A stretch of 64,000 nucleotides of DNA. Source: an uncultured Desulfospira sp. Its GTDB lineage: Bacteria > Desulfobacterota > Desulfobacteria > Desulfobacterales > Desulfobacteraceae. A program made the position numbers and the translations under genes. This document shows positions 8,194-18,744 of the stretch, piece after piece. Below the pieces are notes generated by a model, which was not told the origin of the DNA, did no database searches, and worked only from the letters and a program-made list of their open reading frames with translations. The first letter of the stretch is position 1; each line of letters starts with the position of its first letter. The DNA lies in contig OY760175.1 in assembly GCA_963663165.1 (NCBI GenBank), positions 2,080,001-2,144,000 on the forward strand, given 5' to 3'.

Positions 8194-10255
8194 CCCAGAC
8201 CGGCCGGAAACGGCCAGAACCCGGACAGGCGCCCTCAGATTTCTGTTACCCTTTATCCTTGCCCTGCTGCTGTTGCCGGCCCCTTCCCCGGCCGAACCCC
8301 TGGCACCGGACAAGGACCAGGCAAAACAATGCATCCGGATTATCAACACTCTGGAAAAAAAGCATTACCTTAACAAACACCTGGACGATATCATGTCCTC
8401 GGAAATCCTGGATTTTTACATCAAAACCCTGGACCCGTCCCGCTCCCTTTTTACCCGAACGGATATGGACCAGATGGAAAAATACAGGACCCGGCTGGAC
8501 AACGATCTGGTCAGGGGGGATTTAAACGCCGGGTTTGAGATTTTCAATCTCTACGAGTCCAGGGCAGTGCTTCGCCTTGAAACCATCCTGGCGCTGATCA
8601 AAAACCACGAAACAGCCCTTGACTTAAATTCCAATGAGACCGTTATCATCGACAATGAAAAACGGATCCTTCAAAACAGCATAGACGACTTAAAAGAATT
8701 ATGGAAAAAGGATCTGATCAACCATATCATTTCCTTAAAAGTGGGCAGTAAAGAGGAAGAAGACATATTTGAAACCCTTGAAAAAATATATTCAAGCCGC
8801 CTGAACCGGCTGCGCCAGACCAATTCCGGCGATGTATTCCAATTGTACATGAACAGTGCCACCGCCTGTTTTGATCCCCATACCGAATATTTTCCCCCCC
8901 GGGCGTCCGAAGACTTTGATATCCATATGAGCCTTTCTTTAGAAGGCATCGGGGCGGTTCTGCAAAATGAGTACGAATATACCAAGGTGGTTCGCCTGAT
9001 CCCCAAAGGGCCGGCGGAAAAATCCAACCTGCTTATGCCAGGGGACAAGATCATCGGTGTGGGCCAGGGAAAGGACGGGGAGATCAAAGACACCATCGGC
9101 CAGCGAATCGACAAGGTGGTTAAACTGATCAGGGGGCCCAAAAACACCTATGTCCGGCTGAAAATCATCCCGGCCAAGAAAAGCGACGCCACCACCACCA
9201 TTGCCATTAAACGCGATAAGGTGGCCTTAGAGGAGCAATCGGCCAAAAAAGAAGTAAAGACCATTGAAAAGAACAACCGGGAATATAAAATCGGGATCAT
9301 TGAAATTCCCAACTTTTATATTGATTTTGAAGCTTACCACCGGGGGGATAAAAACTATAAAAGCACCACCACCGACGTTAAAAATTTGTTGGTTCAGCTT
9401 AAAGAAGAACAGATTGACGGGCTGATCATGGACTTAAGAAACAACGGCGGGGGCTCTCTTAAAGAGGCCAACGACCTGACCGGGCTGTTCCTCAAATCAG
9501 GTCCCACGGTCCAGATCAAAACCAAGTACAATATCTCAAGGCTGTATGACGAGGACCCGTCCATTGAGTATACGGGTCCGCTCATGGTGCTGATCAACCG
9601 GATGAGCGCATCGGCCACTGAAATTTTTGCCGGTGCCATCAAGGATTACAACCGGGGGCTCATCGTGGGCACCCGAAGTTTCGGCAAGGGCACGGTCCAG
9701 GAACTCAGGTCCCTCGGGGACGGGAAACTCAAACTCACCACAGCCAAATTTTACAGGGTCTCAGGCGAAAGCACCCAGAACAAAGGGGTGGCGCCGGATA
9801 TCCCATTTCCCAGAATTTATAAGGTTGAAAACACCGGGGAAAGCAGCCTTGAGGGCGCCCTGCCCTGGGATACCATCCTGAGGACACCCTACAGGGCCTA
9901 TACCAAGCTTTCCGGGCTGGTACAACCCCTGACCGAAAGTTATGAAACCCTTGCTGACCAGTCCCCGGGGATGATTTACCTTAAAAAGATGATTGAACTG
10001 ACCGATGAACGAAGCGAACGGACCGCACTTTCCCTGAACCTTGCCAAAAGACAGGAAAGGCGTGCCAAAGAAGATGCCCTGGAACTGGACATCGAGAACC
10101 GGTATCTTTCGGCCATGGGGCTTGAGCCCATTGAATCCCTGGACGATATTGACCCCAAAATCAACGAGTATAAAAACATCATCCTGGAACAGACCGAGCA
10201 GTTAATGGCGGATTTCATTACCATGGCCCAGAAAAAAGGTCTGACCTGGCAATAA
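8180..10255 (+). CDS. prc: Carboxy-terminal processing (tail-specific) protease, S41 family
   Basis: DPHTEY, EGIGAVL PDZ entry, DLRNNGGG, SASATE, FGKGTVQ; signal peptide. Start approximate. Confidence 0.92.
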   Translation: MTPLNPDRPETARTRTGALRFLLPFILALLLLPAPSPAEPLAPDKDQAKQCIRIINTLEKKHYLNKHLDDIMSSEILDFYIKTLDPSRSLFTRTDMDQMEKYRTRLDNDLVRGDLNAGFEIFNLYESRAVLRLETILALIKNHETALDLNSNETVIIDNEKRILQNSIDDLKELWKKDLINHIISLKVGSKEEEDIFETLEKIYSSRLNRLRQTNSGDVFQLYMNSATACFDPHTEYFPPRASEDFDIHMSLSLEGIGAVLQNEYEYTKVVRLIPKGPAEKSNLLMPGDKIIGVGQGKDGEIKDTIGQRIDKVVKLIRGPKNTYVRLKIIPAKKSDATTTIAIKRDKVALEEQSAKKEVKTIEKNNREYKIGIIEIPNFYIDFEAYHRGDKNYKSTTTDVKNLLVQLKEEQIDGLIMDLRNNGGGSLKEANDLTGLFLKSGPTVQIKTKYNISRLYDEDPSIEYTGPLMVLINRMSASATEIFAGAIKDYNRGLIVGTRSFGKGTVQELRSLGDGKLKLTTAKFYRVSGESTQNKGVAPDIPFPRIYKVENTGESSLEGALPWDTILRTPYRAYTKLSGLVQPLTESYETLADQSPGMIYLKKMIELTDERSERTALSLNLAKRQERRAKEDALELDIENRYLSAMGLEPIESLDDIDPKINEYKNIILEQTEQLMADFITMAQKKGLTWQ

Positions 10256-10267
10256 AGAGGCATTACC

Positions 10268-13200
10268 ATGCCTGTTTTTGGAAATAAGACAAAACGGGGC
10301 ATATTATACGGTGCCGCACTGGTTATCGCCGTGGTGCTGTTATTCCCGTTCATTACGGAATATGCCTTAAACACGGCCCGGGTCAGGCAGAAGGTCGCCC
10401 ATTTGGCCAAGGCCAGGGCCGGGATTGAAATCCAGCCTGAAAACATTGAATTCATGGTGGTGCCAGGCCCCAAAGGGCTGACGCTGGATGTGGGATTCAA
10501 GCACCTTCAATGCACCTTTGACCCATCGTTTAAAATCCGGGTCAAGGCCCTTTATGTTGAGCTGGATTCCTTGAAGCTGCTTTGGGGCAAAGTGTCTCCG
10601 ACAGGGATCAGCATAGACACGCCTGATATTTCGTTCACCCCGGCCAGGCCGCCCGGCCCTTCCGCCCCAAAGCCTTCCCGGACCCTTGATTTAAAACCCA
10701 ATCGCGAGAATCTTCAAAAATTCTTCAACCTGTTCCCGGACAGCCCGGATACCTTTGATCTGGCCCTCAACAATTTAAAGTCGGATTATTTTAAATCCCT
10801 GAGCGGGATGATGACCGTTTCCAAAACCCGCCGGACCATAGATCTTCATACAACCGTGCAAAACGTTCATATCCCCCGGCCAAAGATATCCCGGATCCCC
10901 TGTCTTAAGGATGTCCCCATTCAGGCCATTGAATCTGAAACCGTGGAACTTTTTGCAACCCTTTCAAAAGGAAAAGGCATAACAGGGCATTTCACCCTGG
11001 GCGGGGTTGGACTGATTCCGGATTCCGATTTGGGCAAACCGGTGACGGCAAACTCGATTCACGCTGAGTTTGGATTTTCAAGGCAGGCCTGGTCCTTTAA
11101 ACTCAGCCCCGCTGATGTGGCCTTTCCCCGGGCCGGCCAGGCCGGGATGGAATTTTACACCAACAAGGATACCGGACAAACCCGGCTGGCATTTATAGGA
11201 TCAAGCGTTGACATTAACCAGGCAAGACAGGTGAGCCTGGCCCTGGGCAGCCACATCTGGGTGGTGGGCCGGATATTTGACATTTTAAGGGGGGGAACTG
11301 CCACGGATGTAAAGGTCTCGTTTAACAGTGACACCTTAGCGGAATTAACCCATTTGGGCCATCTGGTGATCACCGGTTCAGCTCAGGATGCCTCGGTTAA
11401 GATCCCCCAAACGCCGCTGCTGGTCACGGCCATCAACGGCAGTGTGGTGATCCGGGACAAAATGCTCAATGTGGATGCCCGGGCCGGCAGGGTGGGCGGC
11501 TCGTCCATCACCAGGGGAACGCTTGAACTGGATCTGGAAAGCAGCCACCACCCCTTTATCGGTGAATTTGATATCCAGGCCGACCTTTCAGACCTGCCGG
11601 CCCAGTTGATCTCCCTGATGCCGGACACCGGCCTTGCCAGGGAACTTGAAAAAATTCATAACAGTTCCGGATCGGCCATGGCAAGGCTGCTTCTGGAAAT
11701 GAAGATGGAAGACCCCCAGCCCCTGGTCAAGGTTTTTGCAAAAAATGTTGTCGTCAAAGGGTCATATGAACGCCTGCCGCTGCCCATCAATATTTCAAAG
11801 ACAGACTTTGCCTATACCGGAGAAGCGGTTATCCTGGACCGCCTTTCGGGAAGCCTCCATAACAGTTTATTTGAAAGGGTTTCAGCCTCCATTGACTTAT
11901 CTGTGCCGGATTATGCGTTAACCATTGCCTCGGGAAATGCATCCATCCGGCTTGAAGATGCGGCAGCGGTTGTTGAGTCCATTCCGGCACATTTAGAGCC
12001 CGTGATCCCGGCAACCCCAGTCTCAGGAATAATCAATGTTAACCTGTCCCACCTGTCAGGCCCTTTTTTTAATCCCGGACAGTGGCGGTTCCAACTGGCC
12101 GGGTCAGGCAACGATATTAAATTGAAAACCCCGTCCTCGCCGGAGGCTGTCCAGAACCTGTCCGGCCGGTTTAGCCTTACGGAAAAGGCCATTCAGGTCA
12201 GCGATCTGGCAGCCGATATCCATGACTTGTCATGCCTGCCCGGCAAACTGCCCGAACCCGTCCTTAAGAGCATCTGCCTGCCCTTGAAATTGTCCCGGAT
12301 GCATATAGACATGGAAAAGGGAATTCATCAGGTGTCCGGGCAGGTTTTATTTCCTTCCGGGGCCTTGCTGGGATTTAACCTTAAAGGGGCTGACCCGGAC
12401 CATCTTCTGCCAACCCAGCTTTCCCTGACCGACCATGACCTGACCCGGGCGTTATTAAAATTCAACCGGGACCCGGATGCGGCGTTAATAGATTTTCAGG
12501 GGCACCTTTTCTCCCAGACCATTGAAAATCTTTTCATCAAAAAATCGCCGCTTTACACCGGGTTCAGGCATTTTACAGGGGACAGTCCGTTTATCATCTA
12601 TATGGACGAGTCGTCAGGGCTTCATGCCGATATTTCCCACATTAATATAGACAGCCTGTTAGACAACCTTCAACAGACTGACTTAGGCCCTCACCAGAAG
12701 CTGTGGGCAAAAAATGACGCCCACTTCAACGTTAAGAAACTTTCCTTTAAAGGGTTTCCCGTATCGGATCTTGATGCCGTCCTGAAATTGAATCGGGACA
12801 GTACCGATATTCAGGTCAAGCGCCTTAACCTGTGCGGCATGGATGCCTCAGGCCAGATTGCCCTGACCGGAGATCTGTCCTCACAGACCGCTTCACTGGA
12901 TGCCGGCATCAGGGCCGTGGACAAAGAAGATATTGAGCCCACACTGGCCTGTCTGTTTAATAAAAGCCACCTGATCCAGGGGCCTTTTTCCTTTTCCTGT
13001 GACCTAAAGGCCAAAGCCGGTTTAGACCAGCTGTCCAAAAACCTGAACGGCACCCTCTCCTTTCATTCAACCAAGGGACGGATATTCAAGCTCACCCTGC
13101 TGTCCCGGATCCTGTCGGTTATCAACGTCCTGACCGCCCCGGACCTTTCCCAGGAAGGATTTTCATACCACACCTTTGATGTTGAAGGGGATATCAAAGA

Positions 13201-13525
13201 CGGGGTCATTCATTTAAATAAGGCCGTTATCGACGGTGAAAATATGGCCATTACCTTTTCGGGCTGGATCTCCCCTTTTGAAAACGATATGGATTTGACC
13301 TTTCTGGTGGCCCCGTTTAAAACCATTGATGCCATTATTCAACATATCCCGGTCCTGAGCACAGCCCTTCAGGGACGCTTGATTTCTTTCCCGGCCAAGG
13401 CAAAGGGGCCTGTGGATGATCCGGTGGTTACCCCGCTTCACCCGTCGGCCGTGGGCAAAGGCCTGGTCAACATGATGACCGATATCATCAAAACCCCCAT
13501 CAGACTGTTTCAGGAAACCCCTTAA
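10268..13525 (+). CDS. AsmA-like bridge lipid-transfer family protein
   Basis: N-terminal TM anchor, long beta-rich body, AsmA-like C-terminus (LNGTLSF...GRIFK...G.I.DGV...G..DDPVV). Confidence 0.75.
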   Translation: MPVFGNKTKRGILYGAALVIAVVLLFPFITEYALNTARVRQKVAHLAKARAGIEIQPENIEFMVVPGPKGLTLDVGFKHLQCTFDPSFKIRVKALYVELDSLKLLWGKVSPTGISIDTPDISFTPARPPGPSAPKPSRTLDLKPNRENLQKFFNLFPDSPDTFDLALNNLKSDYFKSLSGMMTVSKTRRTIDLHTTVQNVHIPRPKISRIPCLKDVPIQAIESETVELFATLSKGKGITGHFTLGGVGLIPDSDLGKPVTANSIHAEFGFSRQAWSFKLSPADVAFPRAGQAGMEFYTNKDTGQTRLAFIGSSVDINQARQVSLALGSHIWVVGRIFDILRGGTATDVKVSFNSDTLAELTHLGHLVITGSAQDASVKIPQTPLLVTAINGSVVIRDKMLNVDARAGRVGGSSITRGTLELDLESSHHPFIGEFDIQADLSDLPAQLISLMPDTGLARELEKIHNSSGSAMARLLLEMKMEDPQPLVKVFAKNVVVKGSYERLPLPINISKTDFAYTGEAVILDRLSGSLHNSLFERVSASIDLSVPDYALTIASGNASIRLEDAAAVVESIPAHLEPVIPATPVSGIINVNLSHLSGPFFNPGQWRFQLAGSGNDIKLKTPSSPEAVQNLSGRFSLTEKAIQVSDLAADIHDLSCLPGKLPEPVLKSICLPLKLSRMHIDMEKGIHQVSGQVLFPSGALLGFNLKGADPDHLLPTQLSLTDHDLTRALLKFNRDPDAALIDFQGHLFSQTIENLFIKKSPLYTGFRHFTGDSPFIIYMDESSGLHADISHINIDSLLDNLQQTDLGPHQKLWAKNDAHFNVKKLSFKGFPVSDLDAVLKLNRDSTDIQVKRLNLCGMDASGQIALTGDLSSQTASLDAGIRAVDKEDIEPTLACLFNKSHLIQGPFSFSCDLKAKAGLDQLSKNLNGTLSFHSTKGRIFKLTLLSRILSVINVLTAPDLSQEGFSYHTFDVEGDIKDGVIHLNKAVIDGENMAITFSGWISPFENDMDLTFLVAPFKTIDAIIQHIPVLSTALQGRLISFPAKAKGPVDDPVVTPLHPSAVGKGLVNMMTDIIKTPIRLFQETP

Positions 13526-13526
13526 T

Positions 13527-14279
13527 ATGGATGGCAACACGATTTACAGCCAAGAGTCCCAGGTGCCCTATTCCGCCCTGGATACGTCCGGCCATATTAA
13601 AATTGATGCGATTTTGACCCTGTTTCAGGATGCGGCATCCCTCCAGTGCAAATCCCTGGGCATATCCGGATTTGACCTTGCCCCCAAAGGCTTGAAATGG
13701 GTGGTCTCAAGGTACCAGGTCACCATCCATCAAAGCCCTGAATGGGCGGATCCCTTTGTCCTTAACACATGGCGGGCCCCCTGGAAAAACCTGTATGAAC
13801 TAAGAAACTTTACCCTGTCCACGCCGGATGGCGCCCCCCTTGTATCGGCCTTAGGCATATGGATCATGATTAATGCCAGAAATTCCAAACCGGTCCGGCT
13901 TTCACCCCACTTGCCCAAGGCCTTGATGGAACCGGCTGCCGACCCTCCGGACCTGTGGGAAAGCGGCAACGCTTTAGAGACTTATGACCGTCAGGTCCGG
14001 TTTAAAACCAGGTACCAGGATCTGGATTTAAACGGGCATATCAATAATACCGTCTATGTAAAATGGGCGGTGGAGGCCCTGCCCGAGCCATACATCTCAC
14101 ACTTTGTGCCGCAGCGGGCCGTGATCTGTTATTTAAAAGAATCCTTTCACCCGGATATCGTGATTTCACAAGTAAACATAAAGGCCCAGGGAAGCCGGTT
14201 GACCAGCCATCATTCCATCCTCCGGGAAGAAAAGCATGAGGTGCTTTGTGAATTAACCCTTACCTGGAAAAAGGGGTGA
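13527..14279 (+). CDS. Acyl-ACP thioesterase
   Basis: Double hotdog fold; DLDLNGHINNTVY motif; FQDAA, WVVSR. Confidence 0.9.
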   Translation: MDGNTIYSQESQVPYSALDTSGHIKIDAILTLFQDAASLQCKSLGISGFDLAPKGLKWVVSRYQVTIHQSPEWADPFVLNTWRAPWKNLYELRNFTLSTPDGAPLVSALGIWIMINARNSKPVRLSPHLPKALMEPAADPPDLWESGNALETYDRQVRFKTRYQDLDLNGHINNTVYVKWAVEALPEPYISHFVPQRAVICYLKESFHPDIVISQVNIKAQGSRLTSHHSILREEKHEVLCELTLTWKKG

Positions 14280-14285
14280 CCCGCC

Positions 14286-14777
14286 ATGTCTTTTGAGGAC
14301 CCTTTAGACCCCATGACGGCCAAGGCCCTGAATACCGCTGTCCGGTATCTGGCCCCCCAGGCCCGAAGCGTGGATGAAATCAAACAATATCTAGCCCGGA
14401 AAAATTTTGACGAAACCTGCATAGCCCAAGCGGTTCAGGTATTAATAGAAAGGCATTACCTGGATGACCTGAACTTTGCCCGGCTGTTTGTTGACAGCCG
14501 AACCAGGCATAATCCCAAATCCACTTTTCTTTTAACCCGGGAACTTAAAAGCAAAGGGATCAGCCAGGATATCATTCATAAAGCCCTGGACGGCCTCGAT
14601 GATCAAGTACTTGCCATGGCTGCCGTTAATCGCAAAATTAAACTATGGCGAAACATACCGGACAGGGAATCCGTCAAGAAAAAATGTTTCAATTACCTTC
14701 GCTACCGTGGGTTTGAATATCATATTTGCATTGAAGTTTGGGATAGCATAAAGGATTTTGAAAACCAAAACGGATGA
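14286..14777 (+). CDS. recX: Regulatory protein RecX
   Basis: YL...RS..EI...L, YLDD..FA, ELKSKGI, YLRYRGF motifs. Confidence 0.9.
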   Translation: MSFEDPLDPMTAKALNTAVRYLAPQARSVDEIKQYLARKNFDETCIAQAVQVLIERHYLDDLNFARLFVDSRTRHNPKSTFLLTRELKSKGISQDIIHKALDGLDDQVLAMAAVNRKIKLWRNIPDRESVKKKCFNYLRYRGFEYHICIEVWDSIKDFENQNG

Positions 14778-15057
14778 TCTGTTGGTTTATTGACAATCGG
14801 GTTATGATATTTTGACACCCCCCGGGGTTGGGGCTTTCACGGTATGTTCAGAAAGTGAGTAAAAAATGTTTCTTTTTAAGAAAAAAATTACATAAAACTA
14901 TTACCTTCTTTTCCACTTTTTACCCAGGCGGCTGACTGCCACAAAAACGGATCTGAACACCACGACATAAAAAATATTTTCTAAGTAATTGAAATTAAAT
15001 ATGTTTTATCAAAATTAACCCCCGATATCCCAAAAACCCCTGCCTCTGCCTGAAAAA

Positions 15058-15073
15058 TGGCACGATACCTGCA
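15058..15073 (+). promoter_or_regulatory. Sigma54 -24/-12 promoter of the PilZ gene
   Basis: TGGCAC-GATAC-CTGCA vs consensus TGGCAC-N5-TTGCW, 45 nt before the ATG; IHF-like site TAAGTAATTGAAA at 14982-14994. Confidence 0.65.
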
Positions 15074-15118
15074 TTCCTGTAAAAGAAACATCACTTATTA
15101 ACTAAAGGAAATCTTTTC

Positions 15119-15535
15119 ATGGTTGGCAGAAAGCGGACTGTTGAGAGACGCAAACATAAAAGGTTTAAGGCTGTAGAAGGAGCCTATGCTGCCATAAGCC
15201 CAAACTCCCATAAATTAGGGCAAATCATTGATATCAGTATGGGGGGGCTTTCGTTCAAGTACATTGACACCAGAAGTGAGACACGGGTGGAACAAGAGCA
15301 GGAGGAAAAAGCCGTTTTTCTCTCCAGCATGGGGTATTATGTGGGTGATCTCCCTTTCCGGATCATTTCAGACTATGAAGTGACCAATGTACCGTCATTC
15401 AGCTCCATGAAGGTCCGGAAACGGCATATCCAGTTTACCGATCTAAGTTTCAAACAGCTTTTTGATCTTGACTATTACCTTAGAAACAATGTATCCGAAC
15501 CCCTTGAAAAACTGCCCAAGCAGTATAAATCTTAG
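15119..15535 (+). CDS. Stand-alone PilZ domain (c-di-GMP-binding) protein
   Basis: ERRKHKR (RxxxR) and DISMGG (DxSxxG) motifs. Confidence 0.88.
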   Translation: MVGRKRTVERRKHKRFKAVEGAYAAISPNSHKLGQIIDISMGGLSFKYIDTRSETRVEQEQEEKAVFLSSMGYYVGDLPFRIISDYEVTNVPSFSSMKVRKRHIQFTDLSFKQLFDLDYYLRNNVSEPLEKLPKQYKS

Positions 15536-15643
15536 CTTCGCCGATTATTCTGTCCGGCCTGCAGGCTGCAACCGTTCAAACAGCCGGGTTCAGCCGTTTT
15601 CCCTTTTATGCAGGATCATCTGACAGGCAAATTATTCTCTTTT

Positions 15644-18523
15644 TTATTCTTCTTTTCCGGATCTGATTAGAATCAGTGCCGCATCCGGTATATTCAGGTA
15701 TGTTTTGGCAAGATCCGTTAAATCCGTGTAATGAACGGCATTGTAATCCTCGACCATATGGGATGCCCATTCCATCTGTTCAGGGTGTCTCAAGGAGCCT
15801 GCCATGACCGTATTCAGCCAGTAGGCATTCTTTTTTCGGATATCCTTTATATGGGTCATGAGCGGTTTTTTAACCAGGTCAAGGGCCTGTTCCGTCACAC
15901 CGGACTGTTTTAAATCCCGGACAATGGATACCATGGCATCATGGACTGTTTCAAATTCGCCGGGGTCGGCCTGGGCCACCATGTGCATCACCCCGTACCC
16001 CGGATAAGTTGTGGACGGCTGGTTAAAGACGTAGGGCGAATAGGATGCCCCCAAATCTTCCCGGACCTTTTGCCTGAGCTTTTCAGAAACCACCCGGGCC
16101 AGCAGGGACAATCTCCGGGTCTGATGGATATCCCAAAAATCGTCTGTGGGAAAGGCCATCCGGACCATCCCCTTTTCAATCCTGGTATCCAGGGACAGCT
16201 CAAGGTGAGCGCCTTTGGGAAAGGTAACCTCCCTGTCCGGGATTTCGCCAGGCTCTTTCCGGGGATCAAGGCCGCCTAAATAATCGGCCGCATACCCGAT
16301 GACATCATCGGGATGGATGTCCCCGGCTATGGACAATTCCAAGGGCGAAGACTTAAAACAGGGGAGCAGGAAGTTTCGGATATCTCTTACCGTGATCCGC
16401 TCAACCTGATCGGGATGGGCAAGGCCGAAACGGGGATCATCATTTGCCAGAAAACGGTTCCCCTTTATCTCCATCATGCCGTCAGGGGTCCGCCCAAGGT
16501 TATCCACCATTTTCCGGTACAAGGTTTTGGCAAGGTCCAGTTCCGGTTCCCTGATCCCCGGGTCCTTTAAATAGGCGTAGATCAGCTCAAACACCAGCCT
16601 GGCCTCTTTGGGATCAGCCGCCCCGGACAGTGAAAAATACCCGTCTTCAACACTGAACCCGATGTCCACATCCCGGCCGGCCAGGGCCTGCTCAAGCTGG
16701 TCCATATCCAATGCCCCAAGCCCGCTCTGATTTACCGTCACCTGGCTAATCCAGTCAAGCCCGGGTTTATCCAGGGGCGTCCGGCTCTTTCCATATCCAA
16801 ACACCAGTTTGAAGATCATTTTGTGTTTCTGGAAATCTGTCTGCTTTAAGTTCAGCCGGACCTGGTTGTGAAAATCCACCGTGGTGATGCCAAGCCCCTT
16901 TATATCGTTTTTAACCTTTGAAATTCTGGCGGCCCGCTCTGTCTCATCTTTGGCTACCGGTGCGGACAGATATGGAAATACCTTTGCCTGAAAACTTTGG
17001 TAGGCGGTTACAGGCTCAAGGGTCCCTTTAAGATAGATGGCCTGAATTTCTTCTTCCGGCAGCCTGCCGTCTTCACCGGCAATGGCGGCATTTCCGGAAA
17101 CCAGGATCAGCCGGTGGTCATCGGCCCATAATGTCTTAAACGACCGGTTGATCTGATCCAGGGTAAGATTTTCTAAAAACGGCTTTAATATGGCCTGTTC
17201 CTGCAAAGGGGATAAAAACAATCGTTTCTGGTTGACAGAATTGAGGATTTCTTGGGAAAGATCCTTGGTCTGCCGGGTATCGGCCTGCCTGACAGCAGAG
17301 TCAAGAGAAGATATGGCATTCGCCTTGACCTGGGAAAATTCTGAATCTTCAAACCCGTACAAAAGGGCCTGCCGGAGCAGTTTCTCCAATTGCGACAGCG
17401 CGGGCTGCCAGTTTTCAGGTTCACAATCCGCCTGAACCGATGTAAAGGATACATGGTTGAGAAACCGGCCGGTGTGGGCCGAAGCCAGCGTAAATGCCGC
17501 CTCCTGATTCCGGATCAACCGGGAGAACCGGTTTTCAAGAATCTGACTGGCCAACAGGTTGACCACTTCCTCTTTAATGTCTGAAATTTGCTGGGTATTA
17601 AATTCTTTGTATGAAACCCGTTCAATGGTGATCTTTGTTTCTGCGGCCTCGGGATCGTAAAGGTAAAACGTCTTGATCCCCTTGTGAGGGGTCCACGACA
17701 GATCAGGCGGCTGCCGGGTCCCGGCCTTTCCCGGCCCGGGCGAAAGACTTGAAAACCGGTCACGGATCAAGGCGGTCAGTTCCTGGGAATCAAAATCCCC
17801 CACCGCCACCAGGACCATGTTATCCGGCCGGTACCACTTGTCGTAAAATCCCTTTAACAGGTCTTGATCGGCCTTCTCAATAACCGGCGTCACCCCGATG
17901 GGATGGCGGCGGGTAATCAGGGATCCGGGCAGTTCAAAGGCAAGCTCTTTTTTAAAACGCTGGTAAGCCACTGAATCCCGTTCTCTTTTTTCGGCCAGAA
18001 TAACCCCCCGCTCCCGGTCGATTTCATCGGGCAGAAGCAGCGCCCCCCGGGCATAATCACCCATGACCAGAAGCCCGTCCGACAAATGCGCCTTACCTGC
18101 CTGGGGCAGGTTCAGGTCATAGATGGTGTTAAAGTATGAGGTATGGGCATTGGCATCTCTTCCAAACGCCATGCCAATGGATTGAAAATAGGTAATCAGC
18201 TCTCCGGGCTTGAAATGCTCGGACCCGTTAAAGAGCATGTGTTCAAGATAGTGGGCAAGCCCCTGTTCCTCTTCGGTTTCATGGATAGAACCGGCAAAGA
18301 CGTTCAGGTGCATGCTGACCCGGTTGGGAGGGGTCTGATTTTTTAACAGGACATATTGGAACCCATTGTCCAGGGTGCCGTGGATAAGGGCCGGGTCTTT
18401 TTGAACTTCCGTCCCTTTGGTTTCATTCAAAAAACAGAGGGGATGCCGGGCCGTCGTACCACACCCGGCACACACAAAAACAATCAGTAAAAAAACAATC
18501 AGCCTGAATTTCATTTTACCCAT
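15644..18523 (-). CDS. M16 family zinc metallopeptidase (PqqL-like), probable lipoprotein
   Basis: AHYLEHMLF (HxxEH), NAHTS, RERGVILAE, WYRPDNM; signal peptide with AGC lipobox. Confidence 0.92.
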   Translation of the reverse strand: MGKMKFRLIVFLLIVFVCAGCGTTARHPLCFLNETKGTEVQKDPALIHGTLDNGFQYVLLKNQTPPNRVSMHLNVFAGSIHETEEEQGLAHYLEHMLFNGSEHFKPGELITYFQSIGMAFGRDANAHTSYFNTIYDLNLPQAGKAHLSDGLLVMGDYARGALLLPDEIDRERGVILAEKRERDSVAYQRFKKELAFELPGSLITRRHPIGVTPVIEKADQDLLKGFYDKWYRPDNMVLVAVGDFDSQELTALIRDRFSSLSPGPGKAGTRQPPDLSWTPHKGIKTFYLYDPEAAETKITIERVSYKEFNTQQISDIKEEVVNLLASQILENRFSRLIRNQEAAFTLASAHTGRFLNHVSFTSVQADCEPENWQPALSQLEKLLRQALLYGFEDSEFSQVKANAISSLDSAVRQADTRQTKDLSQEILNSVNQKRLFLSPLQEQAILKPFLENLTLDQINRSFKTLWADDHRLILVSGNAAIAGEDGRLPEEEIQAIYLKGTLEPVTAYQSFQAKVFPYLSAPVAKDETERAARISKVKNDIKGLGITTVDFHNQVRLNLKQTDFQKHKMIFKLVFGYGKSRTPLDKPGLDWISQVTVNQSGLGALDMDQLEQALAGRDVDIGFSVEDGYFSLSGAADPKEARLVFELIYAYLKDPGIREPELDLAKTLYRKMVDNLGRTPDGMMEIKGNRFLANDDPRFGLAHPDQVERITVRDIRNFLLPCFKSSPLELSIAGDIHPDDVIGYAADYLGGLDPRKEPGEIPDREVTFPKGAHLELSLDTRIEKGMVRMAFPTDDFWDIHQTRRLSLLARVVSEKLRQKVREDLGASYSPYVFNQPSTTYPGYGVMHMVAQADPGEFETVHDAMVSIVRDLKQSGVTEQALDLVKKPLMTHIKDIRKKNAYWLNTVMAGSLRHPEQMEWASHMVEDYNAVHYTDLTDLAKTYLNIPDAALILIRSGKEE

Positions 18524-18601
18524 ACCACTAAGGCGAATGCAACCGATTCTCCGGCAATTGAATTAACCGCACCGCCGTAATTTGTGCCTGAACGAAAACC
18601 C

Positions 18602-18744
18602 GTATTTGGACGAAAAGTTGCCCAGATGCAAGGCGTAACCAAAGGTCAGAAACCAGAAAAAATGGCAACCGGAGCAACCTGGCGGTTGTGAGGATTGCCA
18701 TTTTTTCTGCAACGTAGCAGATGGGTGACTTTTCGTTCAAACAC
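18602..18744. mobile_element. Family B MITE-like element, copy 1
   Basis: Imperfect ~28 bp terminal inverted repeats GTATTTGGACGAAAAGTTGCCCAGATGC / GCAGATGGGTGACTTTTCGTTCAAACAC; internal hairpin; second copy inverted at 31422-31562. Confidence 0.85.

Noticed and set aside
18528..18740. 70 aa ORF, and related 31278-31526 ORF tail
   Set aside because: Translations of the family B element.
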